DNA of 64,000 nt from Archangium sp. (GTDB lineage: Bacteria > Myxococcota > Myxococcia > Myxococcales > Myxococcaceae), in assembly GCA_031367385.1 (NCBI GenBank), contig JANLPS010000514.1:1-64000 (forward strand). Reading direction: 5' to 3'. Shown here piece by piece: positions 1-10,211 of the stretch; the first letter of the stretch is position 1, and each line of letters starts with the position of its first letter. The notes under the pieces were generated by a model. That model was given only the letters and a program-made list of their open reading frames with translations, was not told the origin of the DNA and searched no databases. The translations under genes were made by a program, and so were the position numbers.

Positions 1-577
1 CGATACTGCCACCCTGCCACCACGTGCGCGCCTGCGGTTTCACGGTGCCATACGCGCGAAGACGGGCGACTCCGCCGTCGGGGAAAATACGCAGACGCAC
101 ATGCGTAACGCGCTTTGACTGCGCCGAGGTATCCACCTTCACCACATTGGGGAAATCGGCCTTCACGTCGGTTTTTTTCACCAGCGAAAACCAGTCGGTC
201 GCATTAAACAGTTCACCAAGCGGAGCAGTCGGGCGCGCTTCAATTCCCTCGATCGCAACAGCTTGCGGCGCATTGCCCTTGAAGTGCGTGGTATCGACGA
301 GAAAACCCTCGAGCGTTCCCGCGAGGCCCAATCGGATGATGCAGGTGTCGTGAGCGCCTTCGACGTACGGGTCGCGGCGACGCTGTGACTCCCAGCCGTC
401 CATCCATTTGCCTTTGTCGGTGTACTTGCCTTCGACCCACTCGGCGGCATGGGGCCGCAGCAGGTTCTCTTTCTCGGCAAAGTAATCGTCGGTGGCGTGC
501 AGCACGAAGCCGCCCAGGCCCTCAGCGGCGAGATCGATCAACTCTTTGAATTCGGGAGGCACCGCGGCTCGAATCAT
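1..577 (-). CDS. alc: Allantoicase (N-terminal part; gene runs off the window edge)
   Basis: Not in the ORF track. Manual translation from ATG 577 gives MIRAAVPPEFKELIDLAAEGLGGFVLHATDDYFAEKENLL...GKWMDGWESQRRR...VDTTHFKGNAP...THVRLRIFPDGGVARLRAYG, which contains the allantoicase-repeat motifs. Confidence 0.92.
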   Translation of the reverse strand, partial: MIRAAVPPEFKELIDLAAEGLGGFVLHATDDYFAEKENLLRPHAAEWVEGKYTDKGKWMDGWESQRRRDPYVEGAHDTCIIRLGLAGTLEGFLVDTTHFKGNAPQAVAIEGIEARPTAPLGELFNATDWFSLVKKTDVKADFPNVVKVDTSAQSKRVTHVRLRIFPDGGVARLRAYGTVKPQARTWWQGGSI

Positions 578-607
578 GGCCGACAGAGATAGACCGAAAC
601 GAAGCGC

Positions 608-1147
608 TCAGTGACAAAAGCGCTCGTACTCGGCGATTTTCGAAGCCAGCCGCGCGGCCAACCCAGCGTGCGCCTCATGCAGCGCGTCGTGAATCGCCTG
701 GGCTTCGACGCGGTAGGCCGCGCGCTTCTCAACCGGCCACTGCGGCGGAGGCGGCTCGAGGTTGGTCACCCGATCTGCCAGCTTCACCACCCAGATCTCG
801 CGTGGCTGCGCGCGAATTCGACGAAGCGCGTCGGCCATTCGCTCACCCTTCGGCACGCTCGAGTCTTTGGTGAGCGCCGAGACGCCGGCGGCGACGCGCG
901 TACCAAACCGTGCGGTCAACGCCTCGAGCGTGACGCCCGCATCTTCAACACTGTCGTGCAGCAGCGCACACGTCATCGCCAGGTCGACGTTGAACGCAGC
1001 GTCATCGCCAATCGCGTGCAGCACTTCGGTCGCGACCTTGATCACGTGCACGATGTAGGGGTACCCGCTGCCAGGCACCTTTTGTTCACCGTGCTGCGCA
1101 GCGGCAAAATCGAGCGCCTCTTTGAAGAGGTCTTGATTCCATTTCAT
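608..1147 (-). CDS. HD-domain small alarmone hydrolase (Mesh1/SpoT-hydrolase-like)
   Basis: Motifs FAAAQH..Q...PYIVH, ALLHDSVED and VKLADRVTNL. The ATG at 1147 overlaps the upstream stop (ATGA). Confidence 0.85.
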   Translation of the reverse strand: MKWNQDLFKEALDFAAAQHGEQKVPGSGYPYIVHVIKVATEVLHAIGDDAAFNVDLAMTCALLHDSVEDAGVTLEALTARFGTRVAAGVSALTKDSSVPKGERMADALRRIRAQPREIWVVKLADRVTNLEPPPPQWPVEKRAAYRVEAQAIHDALHEAHAGLAARLASKIAEYERFCH

Positions 1148-2856
1148 TGCGTTCTCCACACCCAGGCATCGGCCGGTCGAACCGTCGGCGAGGGAGCACC
1201 CCAATGCGACATCGCCATCGAGGCATAGCCGCCGGGGGGGTCGAGAAACTTCGCCTTCTTCATCGCCGCCGTGGCGACCGTGCTCTCGGCAGCCCAGCGA
1301 GCCCGCGCAAACCAGAGCGCGCTCCACATGGTGTCATCGCAGATTGCCGAAAGCTCACCCTCGGTGCCGTCGATCAAAAACGCACGAACAGCGTCGAGCG
1401 GAGGCGTGCCGAGATCGACGGCGTTGCTGAGCCGGGCAGCGGCCTCGACGTCACCCACGCGCCAGGCCTCGGTGAGCAACAACGTTCGAGGCACGGCCTG
1501 CATCCACTGCAGGGCTCGGTCAGGGGCCTTCTTCACGTCGGCCAATGCCTTGCTCGGGTCTATCAGCGCCTCGACCGCGAGCGTTCGCGCGGCGGTGGCA
1601 ACGGTCAGCTCTTTCTTGCCCTCGTGCATCAGCGGCGAGGGCGTTTGACCCTTGTCGACCGCGTCATAGGCCGCGAGCCAGGCCTCGGCCGCTTCGGGAA
1701 ATTTCATCGGCTCTCGCGAATGCGCCGCCGTGGCGACCGCGCGAAACAACAGCGCCAGGGTCACGTCGACCAGCCCCTCGTTGCTCGGGTCGATAGACGC
1801 CGTGAGCACGCCAAACGCGTCTTGCGTACGGCCCAGTCGCGAGAGGGCCCACGCCTGGCCACGCCCCACCCAGGCGAGTGACACCGACTCCGGGTTGCGG
1901 CGCACGACTTCGAGCGCTTTGAGCGCCTCGGCGTCTCGCCCCTCGGCGAGCAACGCCTGCGCCCGGCCCCAGTGCAGCCAAGCCGACTGGGGAAACCGCA
2001 CGAGCCCGGCGTCGAAGTGCGCCAACTCCTCGGCCGTCGGTGCGATTCGAGCCTCCAGATACAGGTCGCTGGCAGTGGCGGTGTCAGCAATCGCGCGCGC
2101 ACGGTACGCCTCGCGAATTTTGGCTTCACGCCCGGTCATGATGAACAGATTCTGCAAGCTCCGTTGCAGTTGGAGATCGCCTGGCTCGGCGGCCTTGATG
2201 GCGTCTCTCATCATCGCAGTGGCCTGGGCATGTTGGCCCTCGTTCGCGAGGCTGTAGGCCTTCTCGACCGCCGCTGACTCACTGGCCTCGGCGTACGCAA
2301 TCGCATCGAGGCCGAGGTCGTTTTGAGCCGCGTACCCTGCGCACTTGCGCATGCCGCCCGGGGCGAGCCCAAGGTGGTTTTTGAAGACGCTGCCTGAGTT
2401 CTCGCTCACCGAAATGGTCTGCGGCGCGTCGACCCACCGGTAGTCGATGTCATCGACGTCGAACACTTTGACGCCGCAGAACACCTTGAGTGTCGGCTCT
2501 GGAGACGAGTACTTCGAGTACGCAATTCGCTCGAGGTACACCGCCCCCAGCCCGAGCACGTTGTACACATTGACCCGCGCGTTGCCTCGCAGCGAGGCCA
2601 TCACGGTCTCGACAGGTACGCCCTTCTCATCGACCACTCGAATCACGTGCGGCCCCGAGCGGCCCACCTCGACGCCGTGCGCGCTCTCAGCCGCGATGGT
2701 CGTGGGAGCCCCCTCGTCGACCCGCACCACGATCGCTCGCGGCAAGGGGTTGACGACCTCGAGCACGGCAACGCCCTTGAGCCACCACACCACGACGACC
2801 AGCCCGACCATCACCAAAGCGGCGACCGCGGCAATCCACTTCGGGGAGCGGCTCAT
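1144..2856 (-). CDS. Membrane-anchored TPR-like hypothetical protein
   Basis: N-terminal hydrophobic helix, a beta-rich domain, then Ala-rich helical TPR-like repeats. Confidence 0.65.
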   Translation of the reverse strand: MSRSPKWIAAVAALVMVGLVVVVWWLKGVAVLEVVNPLPRAIVVRVDEGAPTTIAAESAHGVEVGRSGPHVIRVVDEKGVPVETVMASLRGNARVNVYNVLGLGAVYLERIAYSKYSSPEPTLKVFCGVKVFDVDDIDYRWVDAPQTISVSENSGSVFKNHLGLAPGGMRKCAGYAAQNDLGLDAIAYAEASESAAVEKAYSLANEGQHAQATAMMRDAIKAAEPGDLQLQRSLQNLFIMTGREAKIREAYRARAIADTATASDLYLEARIAPTAEELAHFDAGLVRFPQSAWLHWGRAQALLAEGRDAEALKALEVVRRNPESVSLAWVGRGQAWALSRLGRTQDAFGVLTASIDPSNEGLVDVTLALLFRAVATAAHSREPMKFPEAAEAWLAAYDAVDKGQTPSPLMHEGKKELTVATAARTLAVEALIDPSKALADVKKAPDRALQWMQAVPRTLLLTEAWRVGDVEAAARLSNAVDLGTPPLDAVRAFLIDGTEGELSAICDDTMWSALWFARARWAAESTVATAAMKKAKFLDPPGGYASMAMSHWGAPSPTVRPADAWVWRTQ

Positions 2857-2918
2857 ACCCAAGGCGTACGAGAGCCCCCGCGCGAAGTCGAGCGCCGGTT
2901 GCTATAGGCCGAAGCGCC

Positions 2919-3374
2919 ATGAACAACTCCTGTCTCGAAGACCTGGTGCCCGGCGCGGTGTACGAGTTCGGCGGCGCCCAGGTCACTGAGGCGTCGATCA
3001 TCGACTTCGCCAAGCAGTTCGACCCGCAGCCGTTTCACGTCGACCTCGCGGCCGCCAAGGCTTCACCCTTCAAGGGCTTGATCGCCAGCGGCTGGCACAC
3101 CGCCTCGCTGACGATGCGCATGCTGGTCGACAACCTGCTGGGCCCGAAGTCAGGCAGCATCGGGTCTCCCGGCATCGACGAGCTGCGCTGGGTCAAGCCG
3201 GTACGCCCAGGCGACGTGCTGCGAGTGCGGGTCGAGGTGGGAGAAGTCACGCCCTCACGCAGCAAGCCCGATCGCGGCACTGCCAAGTTCAAATACACCG
3301 TGATGAATCAGAGCGGCGAAACGGTGATGACGATGCTGGGCCTGGGCATGTTCATGCGCCGAAAACCGAGCTGA
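2919..3374 (+). CDS. MaoC-family hotdog dehydratase
   Basis: Motifs FAKQFDPQPFHVD, GLIASGWHT and LRWVKPVRPGD. Confidence 0.9.
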   Translation: MNNSCLEDLVPGAVYEFGGAQVTEASIIDFAKQFDPQPFHVDLAAAKASPFKGLIASGWHTASLTMRMLVDNLLGPKSGSIGSPGIDELRWVKPVRPGDVLRVRVEVGEVTPSRSKPDRGTAKFKYTVMNQSGETVMTMLGLGMFMRRKPS

Positions 3375-3378
3375 AGGC

Positions 3379-4578
3379 TCACGCCACGGGGGGGGCGAGC
3401 TGGGCCTCGTAGATGCTGCGCCGGCCGGTCATCGCGGTCGCCAGCACCGCCACCAACACCACGTGGGGAAAGACGCTCGCGCCGAGCAGCTCCATCGCCA
3501 TCACCGACACCGCCAGTGGCGTCTTTGACGCGGTACCGAAGGTCGCAGCCATGCCGACACCGGCGCCGAGACTCAAGGGGAGCCCCAAACCGCGCGCCAT
3601 CACGTTGCCGAGCGCCGCGCCGATGAAGAACAGCGTGGTGACCTCACCGCCCAAGAACCCGGCGCCGAGCGTGACGACGGTGAAGAGGCCCTTCGCGGCG
3701 AACGCGTACACCGGCAGAGAGGGGTCGGTGAAGGTGCGCACGATGAAGGGCATGCCGAGCCCGAGGTATTCGCTGGTGCCTGCGAGCCGCCACAGCACGA
3801 CGACGATGAGCCCGCCCACGAACATTCGCGTCGCGCGGCCGGGCAGCCACCGCTCACTCAACCGCCGCAGGCCTTGCGTCGACTCGATGAAGAGCGTCGC
3901 CGTCACCGCGATGCCCACCGCGAAGACCACCCACCACGCAAACAACGAGGGGCTCATCGGCGCCGCCAGCACCTGCGGGTACTGGGTGTGCACGGTACCC
4001 ACGGCGCGGGTCACCCAATCGCCCACGAACGCCGCCGCCAGGGCCGGGAGCGCGAGCTCGAGGTCCACTTTTCCCAACGTCACGAACTCCAGCGCGAACA
4101 CAGCGCCTGCGATGGGGGTACCGAACACCGAGCCGAACCCTCCAGCGACTCCGGCGATCAACGCTTGCCGTCGCAGCGCGGGCCCCAGCTTCAAGACCTG
4201 CGCGACGCCGTCGGCGAGGCTGCCACCCATCTGCACCGCGGTGCCTTCGCGGCCGGCGCTGCCTCCGAACAAGTGGGTGGCCAAGGTGCCCAGCGAGATC
4301 ATCGGCGCCATGCGAATCGGCACCCGGGCTCCCAGGCCGCGAATGGTCTCGATGATGAGGTTGGTGCCGTTGCGGGTCGGCCCGGCATAGCGCTCATAGA
4401 CGCGGCCCATCACCAGGCCGGCCAGTGGCAGCCCGAAGATGAGCGCTTCATGGGTGTCACGGGTCTGGGTGGCCCACTCGAGCAGCCAGAGAAAGGCCGC
4501 CGAGGCGAGGCCGCAGATGGCACCGACCAGGGCTCCGACACCCACCGAGGCGCCGAAGCCGATCAACCGCTGCCCCAC
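3379..4578 (-). CDS. CLC-family anion transporter, CLC-F (fluoride/H+ antiporter)-like
   Basis: GTNLI, GSAGREGTAVQMG, GGEVTT and C-terminal SIY motifs in a polytopic membrane protein. Confidence 0.85.
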   Translation of the reverse strand: MGQRLIGFGASVGVGALVGAICGLASAAFLWLLEWATQTRDTHEALIFGLPLAGLVMGRVYERYAGPTRNGTNLIIETIRGLGARVPIRMAPMISLGTLATHLFGGSAGREGTAVQMGGSLADGVAQVLKLGPALRRQALIAGVAGGFGSVFGTPIAGAVFALEFVTLGKVDLELALPALAAAFVGDWVTRAVGTVHTQYPQVLAAPMSPSLFAWWVVFAVGIAVTATLFIESTQGLRRLSERWLPGRATRMFVGGLIVVVLWRLAGTSEYLGLGMPFIVRTFTDPSLPVYAFAAKGLFTVVTLGAGFLGGEVTTLFFIGAALGNVMARGLGLPLSLGAGVGMAATFGTASKTPLAVSVMAMELLGASVFPHVVLVAVLATAMTGRRSIYEAQLAPPVA

Positions 4579-4581
4579 CGG

Positions 4582-6717
4582 CTACTTTGCCGACGACACG
4601 GGGAAACCCTTGGCGCGCAACAACGCGTCGGGGTTCGGGTCACGGCCGCGAAAGTTGCGAAACGCCTGTGACGGGTCGACCGAGTTGCCCACGCTCATCA
4701 CGGTGTCGTGGTAGCGCTTGGCGGTGGCCTTGTCGTAGGGGTTGCCCGCTTCGGTGAACGCCTCGAACGCGTCGTGCACCAAGACCTCGGCCCAGATGTA
4801 GCTGTAGTACCCGGCCGAGTAGCCATCGCCCGAGAAGATATGACCAAACCCGGGGATGCGGTGGCGCATCACCATCTGCGGCGGCATGCCGATTTCGGCC
4901 AAGGTCTTCTTCTCGAACTCTTTCATGTCGAGCGGCGTCTCGCCCGCGAGGTGAAGCTTCATGTCGACAAGCGCGCTCGCCTGGGCTTCGGCGGTGGCAA
5001 AGCCTTCGTTGAAGGTCTTCGCCTTGTGAATGCGCTCGAGCAAGGAGTCAGGGATGCGCTCGCCCTTCGCGTTGACCAAGAACTTCACCACTTCAGGGGT
5101 GGTCAAGTAGTTCTCGTTGAACTGCGAGGGAAACTCGACGAAGTCGCGCGCGGTGGCGGTGCCCGAGAGCGACGGGTAGGTCACGTTCGAGTTGAGGCCG
5201 TGCAGCGCGTGCCCGAACTCGTGAAACATGGTGCTCGCGTCTTCCCACCCGATGGTGACGGGCTCGCCGGGCTTGCCCTGCACGAAGTTCGAGTTGTTCG
5301 ACACCAGGGTCGTCGCGGGCCGGTCTTTCTGCTGCTCGCGAAACGCCGTCATCCACGCGCCTGAATTCTTGCCAGCGCGCGCGTAGGGGTCGAAGTACCA
5401 ATACCCAACGTGCTCGCCCTTGGGCCCTTTGACTTCGTACACCGTGGTCTCAGCGTTGAAGACGGGTATGCCTTTGACCGGCGTGAAGGTAAGGCCGTAC
5501 AGCGCACCCGCCGCGTAGAACATGCCTTCGCGCACGTGGTCGAGCTGCAGGTATTGCTTCACCTCGTTGAAATCGAGGTCGTACTTCGCCTTGCGCAACT
5601 TCTCGATGTAGTACCGAAAGTCCCACGGCTCGATCTTCAGCTTCGCGCCTTCTTTGTCAGCGATGGCCTGGGCCTCGACGACGTCTTTCTTGAACGCCTC
5701 GACGGCCGGCTTCCACACCGACATCATCAGGTTCATCGCCGCGTTCGGGTCTTTCGCCATGCTGTTGGCCATGTGCCAATGGGCGAAGCTCGGGTAGCCG
5801 AGCAGCTTGGCCTTCTTGGCGCGCAAGACCAGAATCTCGCTCGCGATCTTGTTGTTGTCGTGCGCGTCGCCGTTGTCGCCCCGGCTGATCCACACCCTGA
5901 AGCCTTTTTCTCGCAGCGCGCGGTTCGAGGCGTAGGTGAGAAACGGCTCCATTGACGAACGGGTGTTCGAGAACACCCACTTGCCCTTCATGTTGCGGCG
6001 CTCTCCTTCAGCGGCGGCACCGGCGATGGCCGACTCAGGCAGACCGGCCAGGTCGGCCTTGTTGTCGATGACCAGCGCGGCCTTCTCTTCATCGGCCAGC
6101 ATGTTCTGACCGAACGAGGTGTAGAGCGACGAGAGGCGCTGGTTGTACCCCGACAGCTCTTTCTTCTGCTCGGCGGTGAGGTTCGCGCCCTGCAGCTCGA
6201 AGTTGGTGAAGGTGAGCCAGGTCAGCCGCTGTTGCTCGGGCGTGAGCTTGGCTTTCGCGGGCGACTCGTAGACCGCCTTGATGCGCGCGAAGAGCTTCTC
6301 GTTCTGGTTGATCTTGTCTGAGAACTCGCTGAGCTTGGGCGCCATCGCGGTCTCGACCTTCTGAAACTCAGGCGTCGAGAGGCTGCTGCCATAGACGGCG
6401 AAGAGGTTGCTCGCTCGGTTGAACGGCTGCCCCGCGCGCTCGAGCGCCACGATGGTGTTCTCGAAGGTGGGCTTGGCCGGGTTGTTGGCGATCTGGTCGA
6501 TCTCTTTGAGCGTGTCGACCATGCCGGTCTCGAGCGCTGGCGTGAAATCATCGACGGTGATCTTGGCGAACGGGGGCACGCCTCCATGCGGGCCCTGCCA
6601 GGGGGCGAGCAACACATTGACTGGGGCTTTTGCGTTCACGGGAGCTTTGGCTTTCTCGGCCGCGAGGGCGGCACCGGGCATCGACAGCACGATCAGCGAG
6701 GTAATGATTCGGCGCAT
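4582..6717 (-). CDS. Secreted M3 family metallopeptidase (Dcp-like)
   Basis: Signal peptide plus FHEFGHALH, DFVEFPSQFNE and GYSAGYYSYIWAE. Confidence 0.93.
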   Translation of the reverse strand: MRRIITSLIVLSMPGAALAAEKAKAPVNAKAPVNVLLAPWQGPHGGVPPFAKITVDDFTPALETGMVDTLKEIDQIANNPAKPTFENTIVALERAGQPFNRASNLFAVYGSSLSTPEFQKVETAMAPKLSEFSDKINQNEKLFARIKAVYESPAKAKLTPEQQRLTWLTFTNFELQGANLTAEQKKELSGYNQRLSSLYTSFGQNMLADEEKAALVIDNKADLAGLPESAIAGAAAEGERRNMKGKWVFSNTRSSMEPFLTYASNRALREKGFRVWISRGDNGDAHDNNKIASEILVLRAKKAKLLGYPSFAHWHMANSMAKDPNAAMNLMMSVWKPAVEAFKKDVVEAQAIADKEGAKLKIEPWDFRYYIEKLRKAKYDLDFNEVKQYLQLDHVREGMFYAAGALYGLTFTPVKGIPVFNAETTVYEVKGPKGEHVGYWYFDPYARAGKNSGAWMTAFREQQKDRPATTLVSNNSNFVQGKPGEPVTIGWEDASTMFHEFGHALHGLNSNVTYPSLSGTATARDFVEFPSQFNENYLTTPEVVKFLVNAKGERIPDSLLERIHKAKTFNEGFATAEAQASALVDMKLHLAGETPLDMKEFEKKTLAEIGMPPQMVMRHRIPGFGHIFSGDGYSAGYYSYIWAEVLVHDAFEAFTEAGNPYDKATAKRYHDTVMSVGNSVDPSQAFRNFRGRDPNPDALLRAKGFPVSSAK

Positions 6718-6819
6718 GGCGGGGTCACTTGGAAAAGAGAGAAGGGAGTGGCCGCGGCTCTATAGCAAGCATCACAAAAAAGGGGAGCGAGCCAGAGCAG
6801 AGCCTGGTACCCGCGCGTC

Positions 6820-7299
6820 ATGACCGGCCCCCGGCTCTCTTGGCCCCTGCGCGCCCTCTGGGCCTTCGTGGCGATTGGCACCGCGGCGTTCGCAGTGGGT
6901 CTTTTTGCATCGGTGGTTCGACAGCAAGCGCTCGACGCCACGCTCAAGCAGGTCGATGTGTTGGTGCATCAGGCGCGCTGGTCGCGAGATCACGGAGCGC
7001 CCTCAGAGGCGCTCGCGGCGCTGACCGAGCTCTCGCAGCTGCAGCCGCACCGCCCACGGCTGGCGTATGACCTGGGCGTGGCGCACTTTCAGCTCGGCGC
7101 GTTCTCGCAAGCGGTCATCGACCTCGAGGCAGCGGTGAGTGAAGCCCCGGGCGACGCGGCGGCCTGGTGGGCGCTTGGCCTCGCCCAGCGACAGCTTGGC
7201 AGAGCGGAGTTCGAAGCCTCGTTCGAACGGGCGCGGTGGCTCGACCCCACGGGTGCGTTTGACGGCGGGCTCGAGGTCATTACAAACAGCCCCCCATGA
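6820..7299 (+). CDS. Small membrane-anchored TPR protein
   Basis: N-terminal TM helix and TPR motifs (YDLGVAHFQLG, AWWALGLAQRQLG). Confidence 0.7.
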   Translation: MTGPRLSWPLRALWAFVAIGTAAFAVGLFASVVRQQALDATLKQVDVLVHQARWSRDHGAPSEALAALTELSQLQPHRPRLAYDLGVAHFQLGAFSQAVIDLEAAVSEAPGDAAAWWALGLAQRQLGRAEFEASFERARWLDPTGAFDGGLEVITNSPP

Positions 7300-7793
7300 A
7301 ACGACTGCTCGTTTTCCCTCTTACGATGCTGATCGCGTTCGCCATCAGCGGCCTGTTCAAACGCCACTCGATGCACCTGACGCACATCGCGCCGAGTGAT
7401 GAAAAGGTGGGTGAGTGGCGGGGCTACACCTACCAACAACACACCGATGCCCGCTTCAGCATCGATGGTGTGGTGACCAGCATCTCGCCCAACGGCGGCG
7501 CCTTTTGCAGCGGCCCCTTACAAGGCGGCCCGGGCCTCTCTTTCACGCTCAAAGAGGGCGACGGCAGCAGACGCAAGGCCCGCGAGCACTCGTTCGCGGC
7601 GTTCGGTGACGAGGCGACCGAGCCCGTCATGAAGTCGCTGGGCGTTGGCAGCCACGTGCGGCTGAGCGGCACTTCTGGAGCGGTGATCATCTCGAAGGAG
7701 GGGCAGGTCGTGCAGCGTGTCGAGCCCACCGGGCATTGGTACTCGATGATTCAGCAAGACGTGCTCTTCGTGCGCCAGGTCGACCGGCTGTAA
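7296..7793 (+). CDS. Hypothetical exported protein
   Basis: ATGA overlap with the upstream gene, N-terminal hydrophobic segment, GC-biased third codon positions. Confidence 0.6.
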   Translation: MKRLLVFPLTMLIAFAISGLFKRHSMHLTHIAPSDEKVGEWRGYTYQQHTDARFSIDGVVTSISPNGGAFCSGPLQGGPGLSFTLKEGDGSRRKAREHSFAAFGDEATEPVMKSLGVGSHVRLSGTSGAVIISKEGQVVQRVEPTGHWYSMIQQDVLFVRQVDRL

Positions 7794-7796
7794 TTG

Positions 7797-9398
7797 CTAG
7801 CCGAGCGCCTCGACCACCCGTTCTCGGCGCTCCGAGAGCCATCGCGCAGCCTCGTGCGACATGCGCCACTGGGCGGCGATGACGAGCCCCAGCAAGAGCA
7901 GCAACACCGGCAACACCGACCGCGGGCTGATCGACCCGAGCACCACCCAGACCGCCATCAACGGCACCAGCGCCGTGGCGTTGATCATCAGCGACGCCAT
8001 CACCGACGCCAGCGAGCCGGGCGGCGCGCGCAGGCCCTTTCGCGGCAACGGCCGGGGCCACGCGACGCTCGCCCATTGCCCGAAGGTCAGCTGCACGACG
8101 AACAAGATGCTCGCCATGCACAGCCCCCCGAGCGCGACCGACCACGGGGCGTGCATCACGAACCGCGTCAGCACCAGCACCGGCGCGAGCTGCAGCGATT
8201 GAAACAGCGCGTACCCCAGCGCCTTGCCACGCACGATCTGCACGTCTGAAATCGGCAGCAAGAACAACCCCTTCGCGGCGGTGCGGTCGAGCCCGAACTG
8301 GTTCATCAGCACGTTGGTCGACGACAGCGCGCCCATCACCCAGATTGAGATGGTGGCCCAGCGGTCGAGGCCGCTCGAGAACGAGAACGACGAGGCCAGA
8401 CGCGCCATCGCGATGAAGGGCCACAACGCGAAGACCGGCGTCACCAGCGTCATTCGGCCGAAGTCGCTGCGCCACAAGGTCAACCACTGGAGCCGCGCCA
8501 CTCCCAAGACCGGAGCCCGAAAGGACCACAAGCGCTCGGGGGTGGCATCAGTCTCGCTCGCACCTTCGCCGTCTTCGCGAAGCGCGAGGGCGATCGACAA
8601 GCCGACCAACGCGAGCACGCCCAGCACCGGGAGCATGAAGGCCTCGACGCGCGACCAGCCATGTCGTGAGCCCGCCTCGAGTAACAGCGAGGCCGGCAGC
8701 GAGCGCCAGACCACCGTGAGCCAGGCGGTGATCTGCTCACCCAGGTTGGCCAACCGCTCGGCGATCTGGTCGGGCGTCAGCTTCGGCTCGAGCGTGCTCA
8801 TGAACCGCCAGCTCAGCGCGGTGCCGGCGAGCAGCACCAGCACGATGACCCGTCGCGCCTGCCGCACCAGTCGTTCGACGATCGAGCCCATCACCATGCG
8901 CAGGCTGACCTGCACCACCAGGCTCAGCGCGAGCGTCAGCAGTGCCAGCGGGGCCAACGACCGCACACCCTCGCACAGCCCGACCACCAGCCCCACCTGC
9001 GCCGCGGCGAACGTCAGCATCACCGGGTGGAGCAGGCCGGCGCCCATCTCGGCCACGAAGAGCCACCCGCTCTCCGCGGGGAAGCGCCGCAGCCGCGCCC
9101 AGTCGAATGCGTGGGCGTCTCCAGTCACCACCGACGCGAAGGCGCCAAGAAACGAAGCGACCGTGAACGCAGCGCCCGCCCCTCCGCCATTGCCTTCGTA
9201 CACCGCGTGCGACGTTGCGTACCCGATGCCGCTGCAGGTCGCGACGAACAGCATCGTGATCAGCGCGAACAACCCGAACGCCAAGGTGATGGCCAGGGTC
9301 GAGCCCAGCACGCCGACGTTTCGAAACGCCGTGTTGAGCCACACCTGCGTCTGCGAAGCGATGAGCGCGCGAACGACCCTCAGGCCTTTCAGAGCCAC
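7797..9398 (-). CDS. ABC-2-type transporter permease
   Basis: About 12 predicted TM helices, NQFGLDR..KGLFLLP motif, overlaps the ABC ATPase gene. Confidence 0.75.
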   Translation of the reverse strand: MALKGLRVVRALIASQTQVWLNTAFRNVGVLGSTLAITLAFGLFALITMLFVATCSGIGYATSHAVYEGNGGGAGAAFTVASFLGAFASVVTGDAHAFDWARLRRFPAESGWLFVAEMGAGLLHPVMLTFAAAQVGLVVGLCEGVRSLAPLALLTLALSLVVQVSLRMVMGSIVERLVRQARRVIVLVLLAGTALSWRFMSTLEPKLTPDQIAERLANLGEQITAWLTVVWRSLPASLLLEAGSRHGWSRVEAFMLPVLGVLALVGLSIALALREDGEGASETDATPERLWSFRAPVLGVARLQWLTLWRSDFGRMTLVTPVFALWPFIAMARLASSFSFSSGLDRWATISIWVMGALSSTNVLMNQFGLDRTAAKGLFLLPISDVQIVRGKALGYALFQSLQLAPVLVLTRFVMHAPWSVALGGLCMASILFVVQLTFGQWASVAWPRPLPRKGLRAPPGSLASVMASLMINATALVPLMAVWVVLGSISPRSVLPVLLLLLGLVIAAQWRMSHEAARWLSERRERVVEALG

Positions 9399-10132
9399 GA
9401 GAGCTCGCGCTTCGTGGTGCTGCCGACCAGCTCGAGAAAGAGCGCCTCGAGGCCTTGGGTTTCACCGCGCAGGGTCTCGAGTGGGCCGAAGCCTCGCAGC
9501 GCGCCCTGATCAATGATCGCGATCAGCGGGCACAGCGCCTCGACGACCTCGAGAATGTGACTGGTGAGCACCAGGGTCACGCCCTTCTTCTGCAGACCGA
9601 GCAGCAGGTCTTTCATCACCCGGCGGGTCACCGGGTCGATGCCTTCGAAGGGTTCATCGAGAAAGACGATCTTCGGCGCGTGCATCAGGGCAGCGCTCAA
9701 GGCGATCTTCTTCTTCATGCCGAAGCTGTAGTCAGCGATCAGCGTCTTGGGAGGTGACGAGAGCTCGAGCAGGGCGAACAGCTCCTCACGGCGCGAGTCG
9801 ATCACCTGATCTTCGAGCCCATACATGCGCCCGATGAACCGCATGTACTGCGGCCCGCTCAACATCTCGAGCAGCGCCATGTCTTCAGGCATCGCGCCGA
9901 TCTGCTGCTTGGCTTCGACGCTCCCCTCGATTTCGTGCCCGAAGATGCGAATCGACCCGCTCGTCGGGCGCATCAGCCCCGTCACCATCTTCAGGGTCGT
10001 GCTCTTGCCGGCGCCATTGCGGCCGACGAGGCCCAAGAACGAGCCCGCCTCGAGTGAAAAAGACACGTCATTCACCGCTCGCAGCGAGCCGAAGTGCTTG
10101 GTGACATGGCTGAGCTCGAGCGCGACGACCAC
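9389..10132 (-). CDS. ABC transporter ATP-binding protein
   Basis: GRNGAGKST, YSFGMKKK, FLDEPFEGID and an H-loop. Confidence 0.93.
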   Translation of the reverse strand: MVVALELSHVTKHFGSLRAVNDVSFSLEAGSFLGLVGRNGAGKSTTLKMVTGLMRPTSGSIRIFGHEIEGSVEAKQQIGAMPEDMALLEMLSGPQYMRFIGRMYGLEDQVIDSRREELFALLELSSPPKTLIADYSFGMKKKIALSAALMHAPKIVFLDEPFEGIDPVTRRVMKDLLLGLQKKGVTLVLTSHILEVVEALCPLIAIIDQGALRGFGPLETLRGETQGLEALFLELVGSTTKRELSWL

Positions 10133-10211
10133 GATGACGCACAGCGTACACGGTGAAGGTCGCGTTTCACTCGCGTTCGCATCGGCTGCTCACTACGGTC
10201 CGCGCCCCTTC

